Shown here: piece by piece, positions 25,683-27,337 of the stretch
How positions within the stretch are numbered: position 1 is the stretch's first letter
Layout of the letters: each line of letters opens with the position of its first letter
DNA from: a virus
Lineage: Duplodnaviria; Caudoviricetes
Strand: one strand, 5' to 3'
IMG/VR virus record: IMGVR_UViG_3300024051_000012
Span: 1 to 27,337 of that record
Length of the DNA: 27,337 bases
Made by a program: the position numbers and the translations under genes
Notes under the pieces: generated by a model
What the model saw: the letters and a program-made list of their open reading frames with translations, nothing else
Told to the model about the DNA's origin: nothing
Database searches by the model: none

Positions 25683-25854
25683 TCGCCCTCCCAAACTGTC
25701 TTCCCTCGCGCGTCAGCGCCAGTGTGTGTGGTGGCCGTCGTTGGCCCCGTGGATGGTGTGTTCGCTGCGGTGCGGCGAGGGAAGCGTGTGTGAGCCTTTT
25801 GCCAGCCATGCTCAGGGCGGTCCGGCTCGACGGCTAGTCGGCCGGTGGGAACAC

Positions 25855-25882
25855 GAAAGCCCCGTCCAAAGACTGGGGCTTC
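25855..25882 (-). terminator. Terminator just downstream of the late promoter
   Basis: GAAGCCCC-a-GTC tttg GAC-GGGGCTTTC on the minus strand. Confidence 0.7.
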
Positions 25883-25909
25883 CGCGGTCACGCCAATGGC
25901 GTTTGTACC

Positions 25910-25938
25910 AGAGTGCCAACATGCATGGTGATTGTCAA
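25910..25938 (-). promoter_or_regulatory. Late promoter: -35 TTGACA, 17-nt spacer, -10 CACTCT
   Basis: Perfect -35 at 25933-25938, 17-nt spacer, TG-extended CANNNT -10 at 25910-25915. Confidence 0.75.
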
Positions 25939-26090
25939 CCGACACGCCGCGCGAGCCATTCCATGATCTGCCTGAGACGGACGGCTTCGACAAGCGCGGC
26001 GCACAGTTCATCCACCGCCTCGCGTAGCGTTCCCAGCTTGCATGATGTGCATTGGCCACATCGACATGGCCTCCCATCGTGCCATGTCAT
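25935..26090 (-). CDS. 51-aa Cys-rich hypothetical protein
   Basis: ATGA-coupled to the upstream gene; CRCGQCTSC cluster then an amphipathic helix. Confidence 0.55.
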   Translation of the reverse strand: MTWHDGRPCRCGQCTSCKLGTLREAVDELCAALVEAVRLRQIMEWLARRVG

Positions 26091-26881
26091 GCCGCGACCT
26101 CGATCCCCGCGAGTTCCACCGCATCCGCGAAGCGGAACATTTGCGGATTGCGCAGCACAGGCACGAGGCGACCGCGCGCGATCCATGCGTCAATAGTGCC
26201 GCGTGGAGTCTTCCCGCCGAGCAGGCGTAGGGCTGGCCCGATTTCGGAACGCTTCATGAGCCTGGCCGCGAACGCGCTCGCTAACTGGTCCCGCACATCC
26301 GCCAGGTTGGCTTCCTGCTCGCACTGGTCGCACTTGGCCTTCTCGGCGCCAGCCCTGAGCCACAGGTCTCCACCGCAGGCTTCGAGGCATGGCCCCATGA
26401 AGCGTGGTGGCAGGGGCTGAAGTACGAGGTTGCGGGTTTTGTCGAGGTAGATCATCGCGTCGTCGCAGAAGTCGAGGGCGATCTGACGGTTCTGGCGGAC
26501 GGTGTTGCCGTCGTCGTCGCGCACGGGCTTGCCTCGGTAGCCCTTGTCAAGCACTTTCGCGTTGCGCGTGTCGTCTTCGCTTGTCCAGTGGCCGTGGCGT
26601 TTCGCGATGAGACGCAGCATCCCTTCGAGGGTGTCTGGTGCGCGTTTCACGTCGTGTGTTTCCATGAGTAGGCAGGTGATGTAGAACTCGGCTGTTTGCT
26701 CAAGGTCGTACAGCAGGTCGGATGCCACGAGGTCGATGGGGGGCTTCGATTGGGGCATGACGCGTGATGGTTCACCCTTGCCGCGTCGTGGCTCAAGGTA
26801 GAGCCGGATGGTGGGCACGAGACGTGCGAGAGTACGCCAGTTTTCGGCGGCTTCGAGGGCGGTGGTGGTGTCGATCGTCAC
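26087..26881 (-). CDS. Zn-ribbon + C-terminal HTH protein; probable late-gene regulator
   Basis: GPCLEACGGDL...CDQC and TIDAWIARGRL...FRFADAVEL; sits just upstream of the late promoter; GTGA-coupled start. Confidence 0.8.
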   Translation of the reverse strand: MTIDTTTALEAAENWRTLARLVPTIRLYLEPRRGKGEPSRVMPQSKPPIDLVASDLLYDLEQTAEFYITCLLMETHDVKRAPDTLEGMLRLIAKRHGHWTSEDDTRNAKVLDKGYRGKPVRDDDGNTVRQNRQIALDFCDDAMIYLDKTRNLVLQPLPPRFMGPCLEACGGDLWLRAGAEKAKCDQCEQEANLADVRDQLASAFAARLMKRSEIGPALRLLGGKTPRGTIDAWIARGRLVPVLRNPQMFRFADAVELAGIEVAA

Positions 26882-27171
26882 TTCGCGGTCTCCTGTCGTT
26901 CGCGTCCGTCGAGGCTGTGGTGGATGATGAGCCATCTGTCGCCGTCTTCACTTCCGGTATGTAGTTCGCTCGCAGGCCCGCATGGGCATGCGTCCCAGGC
27001 TTCGTGGATGATGGCGTCGTTGCCGGGGTAGACGTGGATGGTGCCGTCGTTAACCTCGGTGGTGACCCAGCCGCGCCAGTTGGGGCAGCGTTCTAGATGC
27101 TTGCCGCGGATGCCAACGATCCGCTGGGCGCCGCGCTTGAGTCCGCACACGAGTGCGCTGATAGCCCTCAT
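26878..27171 (-). CDS. Small His/Cys-containing phage protein
   Basis: HVYP..D...H....CPCGP...IIHHSLDGRE motif; GGAGAGG RBS before ATG 27171. Confidence 0.7.
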   Translation of the reverse strand: MRAISALVCGLKRGAQRIVGIRGKHLERCPNWRGWVTTEVNDGTIHVYPGNDAIIHEAWDACPCGPASELHTGSEDGDRWLIIHHSLDGRERQETAK

Positions 27172-27337
27172 GCGCCCTCTCCGGCCTCGAAGTCTGCGGA
27201 CCCTTCCTGGGATACCAGGCGGGGGGAGTTCGTCGCTGTATGGGCCGATTCTGGGCCGCTCATCGGCACATCTGCCCAATGCCTGCCATCGCGGATGGCG
27301 GCGATGAGTGCTCGCGGCGATGCGATGCGGTCTGTCA
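27168..27337 (-). CDS. Small hypothetical protein, truncated by the window edge
   Basis: Open frame ...TDRIASPRALIAAIRDGRHW...EAGEGA* ending in an ATGA overlap with the next gene. Confidence 0.5.
   Translation of the reverse strand, partial: TDRIASPRALIAAIRDGRHWADVPMSGPESAHTATNSPRLVSQEGSADFEAGEGA

Larger units (their letters stand above)
309..27337 (-). mobile_element. Siphovirus-like prophage (late region), continuing beyond the right edge
   Basis: Colinear terminase-portal-capsid-head/tail-tape measure-lysis genes on the minus strand ending next to an att-like tRNA fragment; no integrase in the window. Confidence 0.93.

Noticed and set aside
24470-26077. 5' extension of 23843..24796 and the ORF 25088..26077
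   Set aside because: They overlap better-supported genes in other frames and have Arg/Pro-rich junk composition

Overview
High-GC actinobacterial DNA holding the late half of a temperate siphovirus-like prophage that continues past the right edge. The left end has a complete tRNA-Tyr(GTA) with promoter and terminator. It is followed by a lone 3' tRNA-Ala/tmRNA fragment with integrase arm-like repeats, the likely att junction. Next is a small + strand operon: a 104-aa unknown gene plus an Aca2/DUF1870-like HTH regulator behind an operator-rich promoter, a candidate anti-CRISPR/anti-defence locus. The rest is one long minus-strand late region. Read from the right it has a Zn-ribbon/HTH regulator, a late promoter with immediate terminator, a three-gene glycan-modification cassette (pyruvyl transferase, DxD sugar transferase, second GT-like gene), HNH nuclease, putative cos, terminases, portal, MuF-like protein, scaffold, capsid with an inserted domain, head-tail genes, major tail, frameshifted tail chaperones, tape measure, minor tails, lysis genes and distal tail fibre genes. 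Most interesting: the acr-aca2-like operon, the possible virion glycosylation/pyruvylation cassette, and a strand-specific hairpin/pseudoknot between the major tail and tail chaperone genes. Family calls come from motif recognition only; no searches were run.
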